Assembly (NCBI GenBank): GCA_943356415.1
Contig: CALREW010000002.1
Span: 128,325-192,324, forward strand
Direction of reading: 5' to 3'
DNA: 64,000 bases
Origin: Candidatus Nomurabacteria bacterium
GTDB taxonomy: Bacteria > Patescibacteriota > Minisyncoccia > Phycocordibacterales > SBAW01
Every line of letters begins with the position of its first letter. Positions within the stretch are counted from its first letter, which is position 1. The position numbers and the translations under genes are program-made. This document shows positions 9,793-19,626 of the stretch, in pieces. A model generated the notes under the pieces. That model ran no database searches. It was not told where the DNA came from and saw nothing but the letters and a program-made list of their open reading frames with translations.

Positions 9793-9891
9793 CCCATTCG
9801 ACTCACTAACGTTCGCTCAGGGTAAACACCAGAAAAAGAAGAGGCCGCCCCGAAAGGCGACCTTGTTCTTGTTGGACCTTTCGATCCGAAA

Positions 9892-10089
9892 TTACGGCAA
9901 CAGCTGGAGAACCTTGTCCCAGTTGTCCCGAAGCAGCAAAGCGACAGGAATGGCGACGCTGAAGGTGATGGCGATCGCCACGCATCGACGGTTATCCCGC
10001 GTCATTTTGCGATCAAACGCGGAAGGTTCTTTTGTGCCCAGATCCATTACGACAATACTCCCCTCAACAACGTGTGAGTAGACAATCAA
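9892..10089 (-). CDS. possible small membrane protein (65 aa)
   Basis: Small ORF with one hydrophobic helix, followed on the minus strand by a hairpin plus T-run at about 9838-9870. Coding status is uncertain. Confidence 0.25.
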   Translation of the reverse strand: MIVYSHVVEGSIVVMDLGTKEPSAFDRKMTRDNRRCVAIAITFSVAIPVALLLRDNWDKVLQLLP

Positions 10090-10208
10090 TGGAAGGTGAA
10101 CAAGCGACCTCCTTTGTTTGTATAAACCTTTGAGAAGCTCGGGTCAACCTGGGGAAAAATCTAGGGACTCTGCTATAGTGCCCGGCGGAACCATTCGGGA
10201 GAGAATCG

Positions 10209-11261
10209 ATGCTCTATGAAAAAGTCCTCCGTCCTGGCCTTTGGAGCGTTTCAGCAAACGACGCTGAGATCGCACATCGGCTTACTATCCGTAGTCTCGC
10301 CGCGCTTGAGCACGTGCCTGGTGCACTCGAACTCATCCGCTCTACGCAAAAGATCGGTGAGCAGGAGCCCGTCACACTCTGCGGCATCACCTTTCCAAAC
10401 CGCCTCGGACTTGCCGCGGGTTGCGACAAGCATGCGGAAGCGCTGCTCGCGCTCTTCGCGCTCGGGTTCGGCCACATCGAGGTGGGAACCATCCTTCCCC
10501 GACCGCAGGAAGGCAACCCGCGTCCGCGCCTGTTTCGTTTGCCGGAGGATCACTCCGTCATAAACCGGATGGGCTTCAATAGTCACGGTGCAGACACTGT
10601 GGCCAAGCGACTCGCGCGGTACCGCCGACTCGGCCCCATGCCGGGACCTGTCGGCCTTTCGCTCGGGAAGATGAAGACGACCGACAACGCCGTCGCTTCG
10701 GTCGACTTCATCGATGTGCTCCGCACTCTGGTTCTCTACGGGGACTACCTGGTGGGGAACGTCAGCTCGCCGAACACGCCTGAACTGCGCGAGCTCCAAG
10801 GCAAAGCGTACCTGACTGCGCTCGTTCGGAGCATCGTCGAGGCGGACCGTGAATGCCGCGCCAGGTTGAAGCTGGCTCCTCGTCCGCTTTTCGTGAAAAT
10901 CGCCCCAGACAACATGAGTCGATTCGCGCTCGAGCAAACGCTCGAAGCCATCGTCGAAGGCGGCGGCTCGGGCGTCATCGTGTGCAACACCACGACGGAG
11001 CGTCCTGAGAGCCTTGTTCACCCACTCAAGAACGAAGCCGGTGGACTGAGCGGCCCTCGCCTCTTCTCCACCATGCTCGCGTTGGTGAGAAAGGTGCGTG
11101 AGCTCCATCCGGAGATGCCGATCATCGCGGTCGGCGGCATCTCGAGTCGCCTCGACGCCGTCAAAGCGCTGCGAGCGGGCGCGGACCTCGTACAAATCTA
11201 TACTGGGCTTGTGTTCCAAGGACCCAAGCTCATCCGAGACATCCTCCAAACGCCCCTCTAA
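10209..11261 (+). CDS. pyrD: dihydroorotate dehydrogenase (quinone), class 2
   Basis: 350 aa with NRLGLAAG, GFGHIEVGT, NRMGFNSHG, NVSSPNTP and the C-terminal GGISS...GADLVQIYTG motifs. GC-rich with G/C-ending codons. Confidence 0.85.
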   Translation: MLYEKVLRPGLWSVSANDAEIAHRLTIRSLAALEHVPGALELIRSTQKIGEQEPVTLCGITFPNRLGLAAGCDKHAEALLALFALGFGHIEVGTILPRPQEGNPRPRLFRLPEDHSVINRMGFNSHGADTVAKRLARYRRLGPMPGPVGLSLGKMKTTDNAVASVDFIDVLRTLVLYGDYLVGNVSSPNTPELRELQGKAYLTALVRSIVEADRECRARLKLAPRPLFVKIAPDNMSRFALEQTLEAIVEGGGSGVIVCNTTTERPESLVHPLKNEAGGLSGPRLFSTMLALVRKVRELHPEMPIIAVGGISSRLDAVKALRAGADLVQIYTGLVFQGPKLIRDILQTPL

Positions 11262-11284
11262 GGTGTGCGGAGAGAAAGAAACCC

Positions 11285-11320
11285 CGTCCGGGCGCTCACG
11301 CGCCCGGCGGTTTCTTTTTT
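11285..11320 (+). terminator. GC-rich intrinsic terminator after pyrD
   Basis: Hairpin ccgtccgggcgc-tcac-gcgcccggcgg followed by tttctttttt. Confidence 0.7.
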
Positions 11321-11392
11321 ATTGACCATAGACTAAAGTGCATTTCGGATGCATGCGTCGAAGGGACGCCTGCGCAACGGAGGAAAAAAGTC

Positions 11393-12523
11393 ATGCCCCT
11401 TGTCACTACTGCGGACGATGGGTCCGTGAAAAGCGTCAAGCTGCCTCGTCCATCAAATCCACACGGACATGTCCGCGATGGAGCGCTGCGTGAAGCGGTC
11501 ACGCCCTGGGTGTTGGCGAACACCAAGCACCTGATCGTCATGCCGAATGTCGATCCGCCGCTGAAGACCGTGGAAGCCTCACTCACCTACCTCGGAGAGG
11601 TCGAGCGCATCCGGGACCGGCTCGGACTCGGAACCAATGTGCTCGGCACGCTCTACAATCACGACGGCATCACGCCGAAGATGATCGAGCAGATGGCTGC
11701 GACCAAGCGGATCGTCTCCGTCAAGTGCTACCCCGCCAAGGCGGGCATGACCACTGGCAGCGGTCAGGGCATCCCGCTCGAGCAGACGTCTGACGACGTG
11801 CTGCGGGCTGCCATCGACAACAACATCGTCTACCAGGTGCACGGCGAAGTGGACACCATGAAGGATGGCACACCGCTTGAACCCGCGATGCGGGAGCGGT
11901 ACTACATGACTGATGTGCTTCCGTATGTCCGCGATGCGCATCCCGATCTGCGTATCTCGGTCGAACACGGCACCACCGTCCAAGCGGTGCGTTTGGTCGA
12001 CGGAGATCCGAGCGGCAAGACCGTGATGACCATCACGCCGCAACATCTCCTGTTCGTCGACGACGACTTCATGCAGCCGTGGGGCAACGACCTCAAGTGC
12101 ATGCCCATCCTCAAGTGGCCGACCGACCGGGCTGCACTCATCAAGGCGGCGACGTCAGGCGACCGTCGTTTCTTCGCCGGGACGGACACCGCGCCGCACC
12201 CGTCGAGGAAGAAGCGGGGGGATTTCCAGCTCGCCGCCAACGGCTGCTGGCTTCCCCACTGGATCTCGCTCTACACCCAGGCGTTCCACGCCGCGGGCAA
12301 GCTCGACTCCGTGTTCGACGACTTCATGTCCTACAGCTTCGCCGACTGGATGGGTCTGCCCAGGCCAGAGCCCGATGACACGGTTCTCGTCACGTGCGAC
12401 ACCGCACATGACATACCGGCACCGATCAACATCGAGGGGGAGGACGACGTCGTCATTCCCCTCGGTTGGACCGAGACCGGCAATCGCCTGCGCGTCGGCT
12501 TCTCGGTTCGTGCCGACTTCTGA
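11393..12523 (+). CDS. pyrC: dihydroorotase, class II (E. coli PyrC type)
   Basis: N-terminal PSNPHGHVRDG...VMPNVDPP aligns with E. coli PyrC PDDWHLHLRDG...VMPNLAPP. Also has the KCYPA lysine region, VHGEV, and FFAGTDTAPH. Confidence 0.85.
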   Translation: MPLVTTADDGSVKSVKLPRPSNPHGHVRDGALREAVTPWVLANTKHLIVMPNVDPPLKTVEASLTYLGEVERIRDRLGLGTNVLGTLYNHDGITPKMIEQMAATKRIVSVKCYPAKAGMTTGSGQGIPLEQTSDDVLRAAIDNNIVYQVHGEVDTMKDGTPLEPAMRERYYMTDVLPYVRDAHPDLRISVEHGTTVQAVRLVDGDPSGKTVMTITPQHLLFVDDDFMQPWGNDLKCMPILKWPTDRAALIKAATSGDRRFFAGTDTAPHPSRKKRGDFQLAANGCWLPHWISLYTQAFHAAGKLDSVFDDFMSYSFADWMGLPRPEPDDTVLVTCDTAHDIPAPINIEGEDDVVIPLGWTETGNRLRVGFSVRADF

Positions 12524-12546
12524 ACCTTGCGACTCCGGTCGCAACG

Positions 12547-12580
12547 GAAACGCCGCCCTCGGGCGGCGTTCTCTGTTGTG
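12547..12580 (+). terminator. intrinsic terminator after pyrC
   Basis: Hairpin cgccgccc-tcg-ggcggcg followed by ttctctgtt. Confidence 0.55.
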
Positions 12581-12650
12581 TTGTTGCATCGAAGAAGATG
12601 CATGGTACCGTTTATTTTGGCACCGCTTTCTCCGTGCCAGGGAGAGAATA

Positions 12651-12932
12651 ATGAACCCTCGCAAAACGACGACCATCGCCGATCAGGAGCCTATGGCCTT
12701 CTGGGTGGTCTACCTCATCTTTGGCCTCGCTATTTGGCCTCTCACGACGCTGGCGCCCATCATCCCCAACTGGCTTGTCGCCACTGGTCTCCTGACCATG
12801 GCGGTATGTGCCATGGGCCTCATCGGCAAAAGCGGCATGGTCCTGCTCGTGGGCTTCTGCTGCTACCTCGGGATGTCGGTGATGGCCGCCATCCTCGCCG
12901 TGAGCGAGGCGATGCCGAAGTCCATCGGCTGA
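12651..12932 (+). CDS. small high-GC membrane protein (93 aa)
   Basis: RBS ggagag 7 nt upstream of the ATG. Three hydrophobic helices. Same high-GC codon style as pyrC and pyrD. Confidence 0.4.
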   Translation: MNPRKTTTIADQEPMAFWVVYLIFGLAIWPLTTLAPIIPNWLVATGLLTMAVCAMGLIGKSGMVLLVGFCCYLGMSVMAAILAVSEAMPKSIG

Positions 12933-12947
12933 CGGTGCAAGTGGCCA

Positions 12948-12986
12948 TAGGAAAGGGCCGCCTCCGGGCGGCCCTTTCTCCTGTCT
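12948..12986. terminator. bidirectional GC-rich terminator between the pyr cassette and ftsH
   Basis: Hairpin aagggccgcc-tccg-ggcggccctt followed by tctcct. Confidence 0.55.
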
Positions 12987-13002
12987 GAATCTTACAGATG
13001 CG

Positions 13003-14979
13003 CTACACCAACGGCTGATGTTCAATATCGAGCAATTTCTTTTTTGGTGTAATGCCGTTTGCTATAAGCAAATCTTCAAACGCTTCGCGCTCGAGCGTCT
13101 CTACTTCAACTAGGGCTTTAGCAATCGCATCGAGCGCTTTGCGGTGATGCGTGATGATATGCTCAGCTTTCTTGTACGCTTCATCAACGATGCGTTTCAC
13201 CTCGCTATCTATTTCAGCGGCAACACGTTCTGAATGATCGCCCGAAGCACCCACACCGCCAAACATGGGGCGCCCTCCATCATTTTCAAGCGCCATCGGA
13301 CCCATTTTTTCTGACATGCCGTAGCGCGTGACCATGTCGCGCGCGAGGCCGGTCAATACTTGCAGGTCATTTGATGCACCAGTCGTGAGGTCATCGAATA
13401 TCATTTGCTCAGCAACGTATCCACCAAGAGATACTGCGATGTCGTCAAGAAATTCTTTCTTCGACTGCATGCGGCTATCTTCAAACGGGAGCTTCAAGGT
13501 GTACCCTGCAGCGCGTCCACGTGAGATGATCGATATTTTGTGTACCGGATCGGCATACGGTAAGACTGAAGCAACAAGTGCGTGTCCTGCTTCGTGATAC
13601 GCGGTTATTTCTTTTTCTTTTTTGTTAAGCACGTGGCTCTTTCGCTCGGGACCGAGCATCACCTTTTCTATTGCACGGATAAGGTCGTACTGAGTGACCT
13701 TCTTACGGTTTTCTCTCGCAGCCAGAATTGCCCCTTCGTTCATGAGCGAATAGAGGTCCGCGCCCGAGAAGCCCGGCGTGCGCTCTGCGATAACTTTCAA
13801 ATCCACATCTTCACCAAGCGGTTTCTTGCGCGCGTGGATAAGGAGTATCTCAACGCGATCGTTGCGGTCTGGTAAGTCGATCGTGACGCGTCTATCAAAG
13901 CGGCCCGGGCGAAGGAGTGCTGGATCAAGTACGTCAGGACGGTTGGTTGCAGCCATAACGATAACTTTTTCGTTCGGCTCAAACCCATCCATTTCAACTA
14001 GTATCTGGTTGAGGGTTTGTTCGCGCTCGTCGTTACCGCCACCCACCCCTGTACCGCGCACGCGTCCGACAGCATCGATTTCATCGACAAAGATAATGGC
14101 TGGTGCTGCCTTTTTCGCCATTTTAAAGAGATCACGTACGCGAGACGCACCAACACCAACGAACATTTCTACGAATTCAGAGCCCGATATTGAAAAGAAC
14201 GGTACGCCCGCTTCCCCTGCAACTGCACGGGCAAGCAGTGTCTTGCCAGTACCTGGTCCGCCCATCAAAAGCACGCCCTTGGGAATGCGGGCGCCGATAT
14301 CGAGAAACTTCTTTGGCGATCTGAGGAAGTCGACTATCTCAACCAATTCTTCTTTTGCCTCTTTTGCACCAGCAACATCTTTGAAGGTCACGCGTTGACC
14401 TTGATCGTTGGGGTCAATGATGCGTGCTTTTGACTGACCGAACGTAAACGCCTGCATGCCGCCCGCACCTTTCATTTGTCTCGAGAAATACCACGCAAGC
14501 ACCACGAGTAGGAGTATTGGTCCGAAAAACGGAGCGAGAAGCGCGAGCCAGAAAGTAAAGCCACTTTGGCGTTCTATTTCAATTGAAACTGACTTCAGTG
14601 CGTCCGGGCTGACACCATAATTATTAAGCGTGTCGGAAAGAGCGGTCGCGGCTTCTTTCTTCGCAAGTTTCTTTGCAGGCGTGGCATCCCCTTCAGCTTG
14701 GTAGGTTGCAGTTACCTCATCGCCAGAGACAACAATGCTTTTAACTTTGCCGTCGCGAATGTCTGTGGCGAGTTGCGATATAGCGACCGGCTCAGGCTTG
14801 TTGGCCTTTGACTCAATGACATAGGAATACACGCCAGCCAAAATAAATATGCCGAGCACCGCTACACCGAGGTTCACCCAAAAGGAACTCACCGGCGGCA
14901 TCGGTGGCATACCACCCTTGCGCCCCTTCTTCCCGTCTGGCTTTTTGTTGTTTTGAGGAGGCATCTTGGAGTCCGACAT
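13003..14979 (-). CDS. ftsH: ATP-dependent zinc metalloprotease FtsH
   Basis: 658 aa with an N-terminal TM, the AAA module [23 protein letters not shown], and the zinc site HEAGHALV. Confidence 0.95.
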   Translation of the reverse strand: MSDSKMPPQNNKKPDGKKGRKGGMPPMPPVSSFWVNLGVAVLGIFILAGVYSYVIESKANKPEPVAISQLATDIRDGKVKSIVVSGDEVTATYQAEGDATPAKKLAKKEAATALSDTLNNYGVSPDALKSVSIEIERQSGFTFWLALLAPFFGPILLLVVLAWYFSRQMKGAGGMQAFTFGQSKARIIDPNDQGQRVTFKDVAGAKEAKEELVEIVDFLRSPKKFLDIGARIPKGVLLMGGPGTGKTLLARAVAGEAGVPFFSISGSEFVEMFVGVGASRVRDLFKMAKKAAPAIIFVDEIDAVGRVRGTGVGGGNDEREQTLNQILVEMDGFEPNEKVIVMAATNRPDVLDPALLRPGRFDRRVTIDLPDRNDRVEILLIHARKKPLGEDVDLKVIAERTPGFSGADLYSLMNEGAILAARENRKKVTQYDLIRAIEKVMLGPERKSHVLNKKEKEITAYHEAGHALVASVLPYADPVHKISIISRGRAAGYTLKLPFEDSRMQSKKEFLDDIAVSLGGYVAEQMIFDDLTTGASNDLQVLTGLARDMVTRYGMSEKMGPMALENDGGRPMFGGVGASGDHSERVAAEIDSEVKRIVDEAYKKAEHIITHHRKALDAIAKALVEVETLEREAFEDLLIANGITPKKKLLDIEHQPLV

Positions 14980-15018
14980 GCAGGTTAGTATAGCGGACTA
15001 CGCGCTTTTTTTCATTTA

Positions 15019-15507
15019 TTGATGCTCGGCAGTACCTCGCTGCGGTGGTATTCTCCTGATGTGGCCAATCTGATTGAACACAAGAAAGCACGACTCGACT
15101 ATGAAGCCCTCGAAGAACTCGAGGCAGGTTTGGAGTTGCTTGGAATTGAGGTGAAGTCGTTACGCTCCAAACGCGGCAAGCTTGATGGCGCGCACATCAT
15201 CGTTCGTGGTGGCGAAGCGTTTATTGTAGGTATGGATATACCTCCCTACCAAGCTGGCAACACACCAAAAGACTATGACTCTGCTCGTACACGTAAACTG
15301 CTTCTTACAACAAAGGAACTAAACGAGCTTGCGAGCGCCGAGCGGCAGAAAGGATTGACAATAGTGCCAATTTCAGTGTATAATAAGGGGAACAAGCTCA
15401 AGGTGCGTATCGCTATTGCTCGCGGTAAAAAGAAGTACGATAAGCGCGAGGACCTGAAGAAAAAAGCGGTGAAGCGCGACATTGATCGCTTGATGAAAGA
15501 ACGTTGA
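15019..15507 (+). CDS. smpB: SsrA-binding protein SmpB
   Basis: IEHKKARLDYEALEELEAGLELLGIEVKSLRS matches the SmpB consensus. Sits directly upstream of the tmRNA. Confidence 0.9.
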   Translation: MMLGSTSLRWYSPDVANLIEHKKARLDYEALEELEAGLELLGIEVKSLRSKRGKLDGAHIIVRGGEAFIVGMDIPPYQAGNTPKDYDSARTRKLLLTTKELNELASAERQKGLTIVPISVYNKGNKLKVRIAIARGKKKYDKREDLKKKAVKRDIDRLMKER

Positions 15508-15561
15508 AAATCATAGGCCCTTCCCTGCGAACCTGGGAACATTCGTATTCGTTGGTTTACA

Positions 15562-15940
15562 GGGGGTGCAAGGCCTAGACAATAGAGACCTCTCACTTGC
15601 TGTGCGAGATAGAAGCCCGGATCTTCTTAAAAAGCCGGAAAACATGACTGCAAAGTCGACTCAATCGCCGTATTTCTCGGCGAATGACTTCGCGTTCGCT
15701 TACGCTCGCGCGTAACTGAACCGGACATCGATACCGCTAAGCCCGAGTGCGGATATTCGGTGGTATATATCGGGCTTATAACGCGAGAGTCGCTCCGACT
15801 TGCGTTAGACATTAAGGAGATCGGTCAGAAACGATCTTGTCCGTTCCCCACGTTGCTGACTTAAAACACAGAATGGAATACATCTCGTAGACTCACTCGT
15901 GAATCTCCTTTGCACGCGGGTTCAACTCCCGCCACCTCCA
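15562..15940 (+). ncRNA. ssrA: tmRNA (ssrA), standard one-piece
   Basis: 5' acceptor strand gggggtg pairs with 3' cacctcc, including the G3-U wobble used by AlaRS. The T-arm gcgggttcaactcccgc is almost identical to the E. coli tmRNA 3' end. A candidate tag ORF GCG AAT GAC TTC GCG TTC GCT TAC GCT CGC GCG TAA (ANDFAFAYARA) lies at 15680-15715. Located beside smpB. A terminator hairpin follows. Confidence 0.75.
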
Positions 15941-15953
15941 CATGTACAAAAAT

Positions 15954-15980
15954 GCCTGCATCCGCAGGCTATTTTTTTTT
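15954..15980 (+). terminator. intrinsic terminator after ssrA
   Basis: Hairpin gcctgca-tcc-gcaggc followed by tattttttttt. Confidence 0.7.
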
Positions 15981-16136
15981 GTGGGGTGGAGCGAGGCATC
16001 TGCATGCCTCGCGTCGGGAGTTGAAAAGCGCAGCGATGCCGAGCAAGCATGCGAGACCGCGAGCTAGGGTCGTGCGGCGACTTACGCGACGGCGGAAGTC
16101 GCACGCCTGACCAACCGCCACCTCCACCACTTCGCA

Positions 16137-16166
16137 AAAAGACTCCGCCATCCGGAGTCTTTTTGC
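16137..16166. terminator. bidirectional terminator (serves the minus-strand VWA gene)
   Basis: Hairpin agactccg-ccat-ccggagtct with A-tract and T-tract on either side. Confidence 0.6.
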
Positions 16167-16180
16167 TGCCATAAAAACTA

Positions 16181-17725
16181 CTAAACGACCGACGGAGGGA
16201 TTTGCGGAGGATTTTGAACAGGAGGAGCGACGTTCTCCGGTGCTTTTGGCATAACCGTAGTCATCGGAGGAGCAATGGGCGCTGTTGGCTGCGGCGGCAC
16301 ATTTTGCGGAGGAGGCACTTGGGGGGTGTACTGAGGAGCTGCGGGTGCGGATGTTGCTATCGGAGTGGAAACACTTTTCTTTGTAAGCAACTTCACAATA
16401 ACAATCAGAAGAATGAGGACGATAAGCGCGCCGACTCCAAAGAGTGCGTACAGTGCTTTAGTCGGAAGACCGAACGGTCCTGGAAGGTTCGTTCCTGACG
16501 ACGCTTGAGTTCCGTCAGTTGTTGGTGCGTTTGTCTCTTGGTAGGAGGTGTTCGAGTCAGTCGACGCTGCTACAGGAGTTGTTGGCGCGACTGGTTGATC
16601 AGACTCTACGAGGAAGATTGCATTTTTTGCCATTGCACCTCCCCACTTTTCTGCAGTAGTACCAGACGGAACGGGTTCACCGACAAGAAGATAGTACGTA
16701 CCACCCGTAGTGCCAGACGAGTACAACGTATCGTCGTCGGATTGGGACGCGTGAATAACGCTAATCTGTCCTCGCACCGCTCGTAATTCATTGGCATACA
16801 CTATGCCTGCAGCAATTTTTCGATCGCTCTTATATGGGTCTGACGCGAGTAACGGCTTGAATATTCCTGAAGCGTAATCGTAATAGACGCCTGAGGGTCC
16901 CGTTGCGACAGAAATTTTTATCTTCTCCCCTGGTTTAATCGTTAGTTTGAAGTAATCGAAGTCTCCAGACTTTTGGTTATGGTCGAGATGATACGTGCCG
17001 GGAGTAATGGCTACAGCAGTCTCAAACCCGTTTCCTCCACGGATGGCGGTGCCTAGTTGCGAATCGGTATTGCTTTTATCTATAGGTTTTTCAGCTTCGC
17101 GAATTGCCGAGAGGCTCGAAGCAAGACTCGCGCTGTCTTTTGCGTCAAAGTATTGTCCTCCCCCACTTGTCGCAACCGCAGAGAGCTGCGCACGTGCCTC
17201 GGCATCGACATCGATACCAATGACATACGTCTGGACTTTTATTCCAGCAGCCTTCAATGCAGCTGCTGCAGCGGCAGGATTGCCGTCGCAGGTCTCTTTT
17301 CCGTCGGTCAACAAAATGAGCGCGTTATCTTCCCCGACAACAAAATCGTTTTGCGCTTGACTAAGCGCATAGGCAGTCGGCGTGTAAGACCCGACGGCGT
17401 TAATAGTTGCAACCTTGCTTGAAACAGCGCTGCGATCTGCAGTAAAAGGAACGGCCAAAGAAGTCTGCAGACACGCGGCTTCCTTACTCGTGCGCTTAAC
17501 TTCGCCATATGGACGCAGGGCGACCTTCACAGAGGGGTCAAGCTGACTCAAAAGAGTCGAAACGGCGCTCTTAGCCGCGTTGATGCGGGACGTTCCACCA
17601 AGAGACTCGGTCATGGATCCAGACGCATCGAACACCACAAGGATGTTGCTGGCCGCAAGAGCACTCAGTGGCAGTGCCAAGCTAAGTGCTACACCAAGCC
17701 CAAGAGTCGCCTTTCGCAACAACAT
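16181..17725 (-). CDS. secreted von Willebrand factor A (VWA) domain protein with C-terminal TM and Pro-rich tail
   Basis: Signal peptide, then the MIDAS-like VVFDASGSM and LLTDGKETCDG, a C-terminal hydrophobic helix, and a PQVPPPQNVPPQP tail. Confidence 0.7.
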   Translation of the reverse strand: MLLRKATLGLGVALSLALPLSALAASNILVVFDASGSMTESLGGTSRINAAKSAVSTLLSQLDPSVKVALRPYGEVKRTSKEAACLQTSLAVPFTADRSAVSSKVATINAVGSYTPTAYALSQAQNDFVVGEDNALILLTDGKETCDGNPAAAAAALKAAGIKVQTYVIGIDVDAEARAQLSAVATSGGGQYFDAKDSASLASSLSAIREAEKPIDKSNTDSQLGTAIRGGNGFETAVAITPGTYHLDHNQKSGDFDYFKLTIKPGEKIKISVATGPSGVYYDYASGIFKPLLASDPYKSDRKIAAGIVYANELRAVRGQISVIHASQSDDDTLYSSGTTGGTYYLLVGEPVPSGTTAEKWGGAMAKNAIFLVESDQPVAPTTPVAASTDSNTSYQETNAPTTDGTQASSGTNLPGPFGLPTKALYALFGVGALIVLILLIVIVKLLTKKSVSTPIATSAPAAPQYTPQVPPPQNVPPQPTAPIAPPMTTVMPKAPENVAPPVQNPPQIPPSVV

Positions 17726-17728
17726 GAA

Positions 17729-18046
17729 TTAGCGGAGGAGCGTAATGCCGCCGATAAGCGGAAGAGGCTTCATCGTTCCACTGGTTGCGCTCATGATTCC
17801 AGTGATAACGAGGTACAAAACAAAAAGCGAAACAATTGGATTTAGGAACACTAGGAAAAAGGAGAAGCTAAGCGGTATCAAAAACCATGATATCGCAAAG
17901 TGAGCAATCATCGTGAAGATAAACAGAACGAGACCTTGGTTAGCATGAAAGGTGACGAACGGTGAACGATTAGGAGTAAGGAGTGGTATTAAAAAAATAA
18001 CGTATCCGAGAGCCGCAACTAGCTTATCGTTTTGTCCTTGAGGCAT
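17729..18046 (-). CDS. small integral membrane protein
   Basis: 105 aa with three hydrophobic helices. Tightly coupled 3 nt upstream of the VWA gene. Confidence 0.4.
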   Translation of the reverse strand: MPQGQNDKLVAALGYVIFLIPLLTPNRSPFVTFHANQGLVLFIFTMIAHFAISWFLIPLSFSFFLVFLNPIVSLFVLYLVITGIMSATSGTMKPLPLIGGITLLR

Positions 18047-18237
18047 ACATGAGGGTTATGAATATACGAGTAATTCTAGCTTGCAAAACACCCCATCAAA
18101 CCAACGTTGTGGATAATGAATTTTCTGTTGACACGCTCTCCACTCGGGACTACCCTGGCGAAGGATTTGGAGTGTAGTACGTGCTCCAAAAGAATTTCGT
18201 ACCGACAATCGTCAATGAGGACCGGAAAGGGGACTCG

Positions 18238-19140
18238 ATGAGCACTCATAGACATCGAACCGGCGGCACGAGCGTGCCTCCTACCAAACCGCGCGGCCAA
18301 CAGATGGGCCCCGGAGGCCGCTACTGGCAGTGGAGCGAGAAGCAGCGCGACAGCGAACTCGACCAACTCCCCGTTGCGCTGAGGAAGCGTCTCGAGGAAA
18401 TCATCGGGCACATCGCGGACGCGCTCGCCCAACCGAAGGCCATCTACCCACAGATGGACAGCTACCGCGCCAAGAGCCAGCACCAGGCCGGCATCTTCGT
18501 CACCGCGGGTGAGAATCATCGCAGGGCGGCACAGCACAAGGTTGAGATCGCATTCGGGACCAAAGGCCAATACGGCTTGGGGCCTCGCGTGATGCTCACC
18601 ATCTGGGGGCTGAACGCGAGTGCGCTCAATAGCCTCTTCGCTAAGACCGGCGGCGACCTCAACAAGCTCGCGAAGCAGGTCGTCGAAAAGTGCAACCTGT
18701 CAGTGCCGATCGAATCGGTGTCTGCCCCCGCGGCCGCACCCATTCACCTCAACGGCCACAGCGCCGAGCGTCGGGACGAAGGCGTCTCACTTGCCGCTGC
18801 GGGTCCGTCGGTCGTACTCGAAACTTCCACGTCGAGTCCGCCCACCTGCCACAACGGCCAGGCGGCGATTGAGCTGCGACCTGACGGGCAATCGTCAGCG
18901 AAGCAAGAAGCGGTCATCCGCATCATCGCCACCGGTCACGGCATTTTCAATGGCCGGGACTTCGGGCGCGACGAGTTGGCGTTCGAGCTCGAAGACGCCT
19001 GCCCGCCAATCAATAACGCTAAGGCGCTCATCGACCAGATGATCGCGTGGGGCCACCTCGCTTCGGACGGCGCTCGACTCCACATCACACCTCAGGGCTA
19101 CGATTTCTGCTTCGGCGGACCATCGATCGCCTCCAATTAA
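18238..19140 (+). CDS. hypothetical protein, high-GC cassette
   Basis: RBS aaagggga before the ATG at 18238. About 300 aa with no recognisable motif. GC-rich codon usage distinct from the flanking genes. Confidence 0.4.
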   Translation: MSTHRHRTGGTSVPPTKPRGQQMGPGGRYWQWSEKQRDSELDQLPVALRKRLEEIIGHIADALAQPKAIYPQMDSYRAKSQHQAGIFVTAGENHRRAAQHKVEIAFGTKGQYGLGPRVMLTIWGLNASALNSLFAKTGGDLNKLAKQVVEKCNLSVPIESVSAPAAAPIHLNGHSAERRDEGVSLAAAGPSVVLETSTSSPPTCHNGQAAIELRPDGQSSAKQEAVIRIIATGHGIFNGRDFGRDELAFELEDACPPINNAKALIDQMIAWGHLASDGARLHITPQGYDFCFGGPSIASN

Positions 19141-19142
19141 TG

Positions 19143-19196
19143 CGCCTTCGGGCGCGAGCGGTACGCCCCGGCTTCGGCCGGGGCGTATTGTTTTAA
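19143..19196 (+). terminator. GC-rich tandem hairpin terminator
   Basis: Hairpins gcgcc-ttcg-ggcgc and cgccccggc-ttcg-gccggggcg followed by tattgtttt. Confidence 0.65.
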
Positions 19197-19290
19197 AAAA
19201 TCACTTCCTTGACCGCTCAGCAGCGTCGTGACAGATTGGCTCTGGAACCGCGTCTATCAACCAAGCGGTTGCACGAGAGGGAGTGAACCT

Positions 19291-19626
19291 TTGACCCAAT
19301 CGATTGAACCCTGCCCCATCACGGGGTATCGCTGGAAATCAGGCAATACGTGCCCGCCGAAGAGCACTCGCCTGCTCGCGCTCTTCTACGCACAAGCGCG
19401 CGGCACTACCATCACCGAGGACGGCGCCGCCAAGCTCATCTTCGACAACTGTCGCGACATGCGCGTGTCGGTGGAGCACGAACTGGCAACGCTGCACCAC
19501 CACGGATGCCTCGTTCACGGGGAAAAGCTCGACGGCAAGCAGACCTACCAGGTCGGCGACAAGAAAAACGCGTGGGTCTTGCTCGAGCCCTACCTCGACA
19601 AGATTGGCGAACCCGCGCTCGCCTGA
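19291..19626 (+). CDS. hypothetical Cys/His-containing small protein, high-GC cassette
   Basis: RBS gagggag, a 7-nt spacer, then an in-frame TTG at 19291. The ORF track gives a GTG start at 19228. Contains CPITGYRWKSGNTCPP and HHHGCLVH. Confidence 0.35.
   Translation: MTQSIEPCPITGYRWKSGNTCPPKSTRLLALFYAQARGTTITEDGAAKLIFDNCRDMRVSVEHELATLHHHGCLVHGEKLDGKQTYQVGDKKNAWVLLEPYLDKIGEPALA

Noticed and set aside
9734-10081. 115-aa plus-strand ORF starting inside the tRNA-Ile gene
   Set aside because: It overlaps a structural RNA gene and is antisense to a more plausible small ORF followed by a terminator. It has no motifs.
16111-16130. Second tmRNA-like 3' end considered as the acceptor piece of a permuted two-piece tmRNA
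   Set aside because: There is no T-arm immediately upstream of this copy, and the complete one-piece tmRNA (5' acceptor, tag ORF, T-arm) is already present at 15562-15940. It is better explained as a short direct repeat or integration scar.
18076-18570. 164-aa minus-strand ORF overlapping the start of the 18238..19140 gene
   Set aside because: It is antisense to a GC-rich coding region and Arg/Ala-rich with no motifs. Long spurious ORFs are expected on the opposite strand of high-GC genes.
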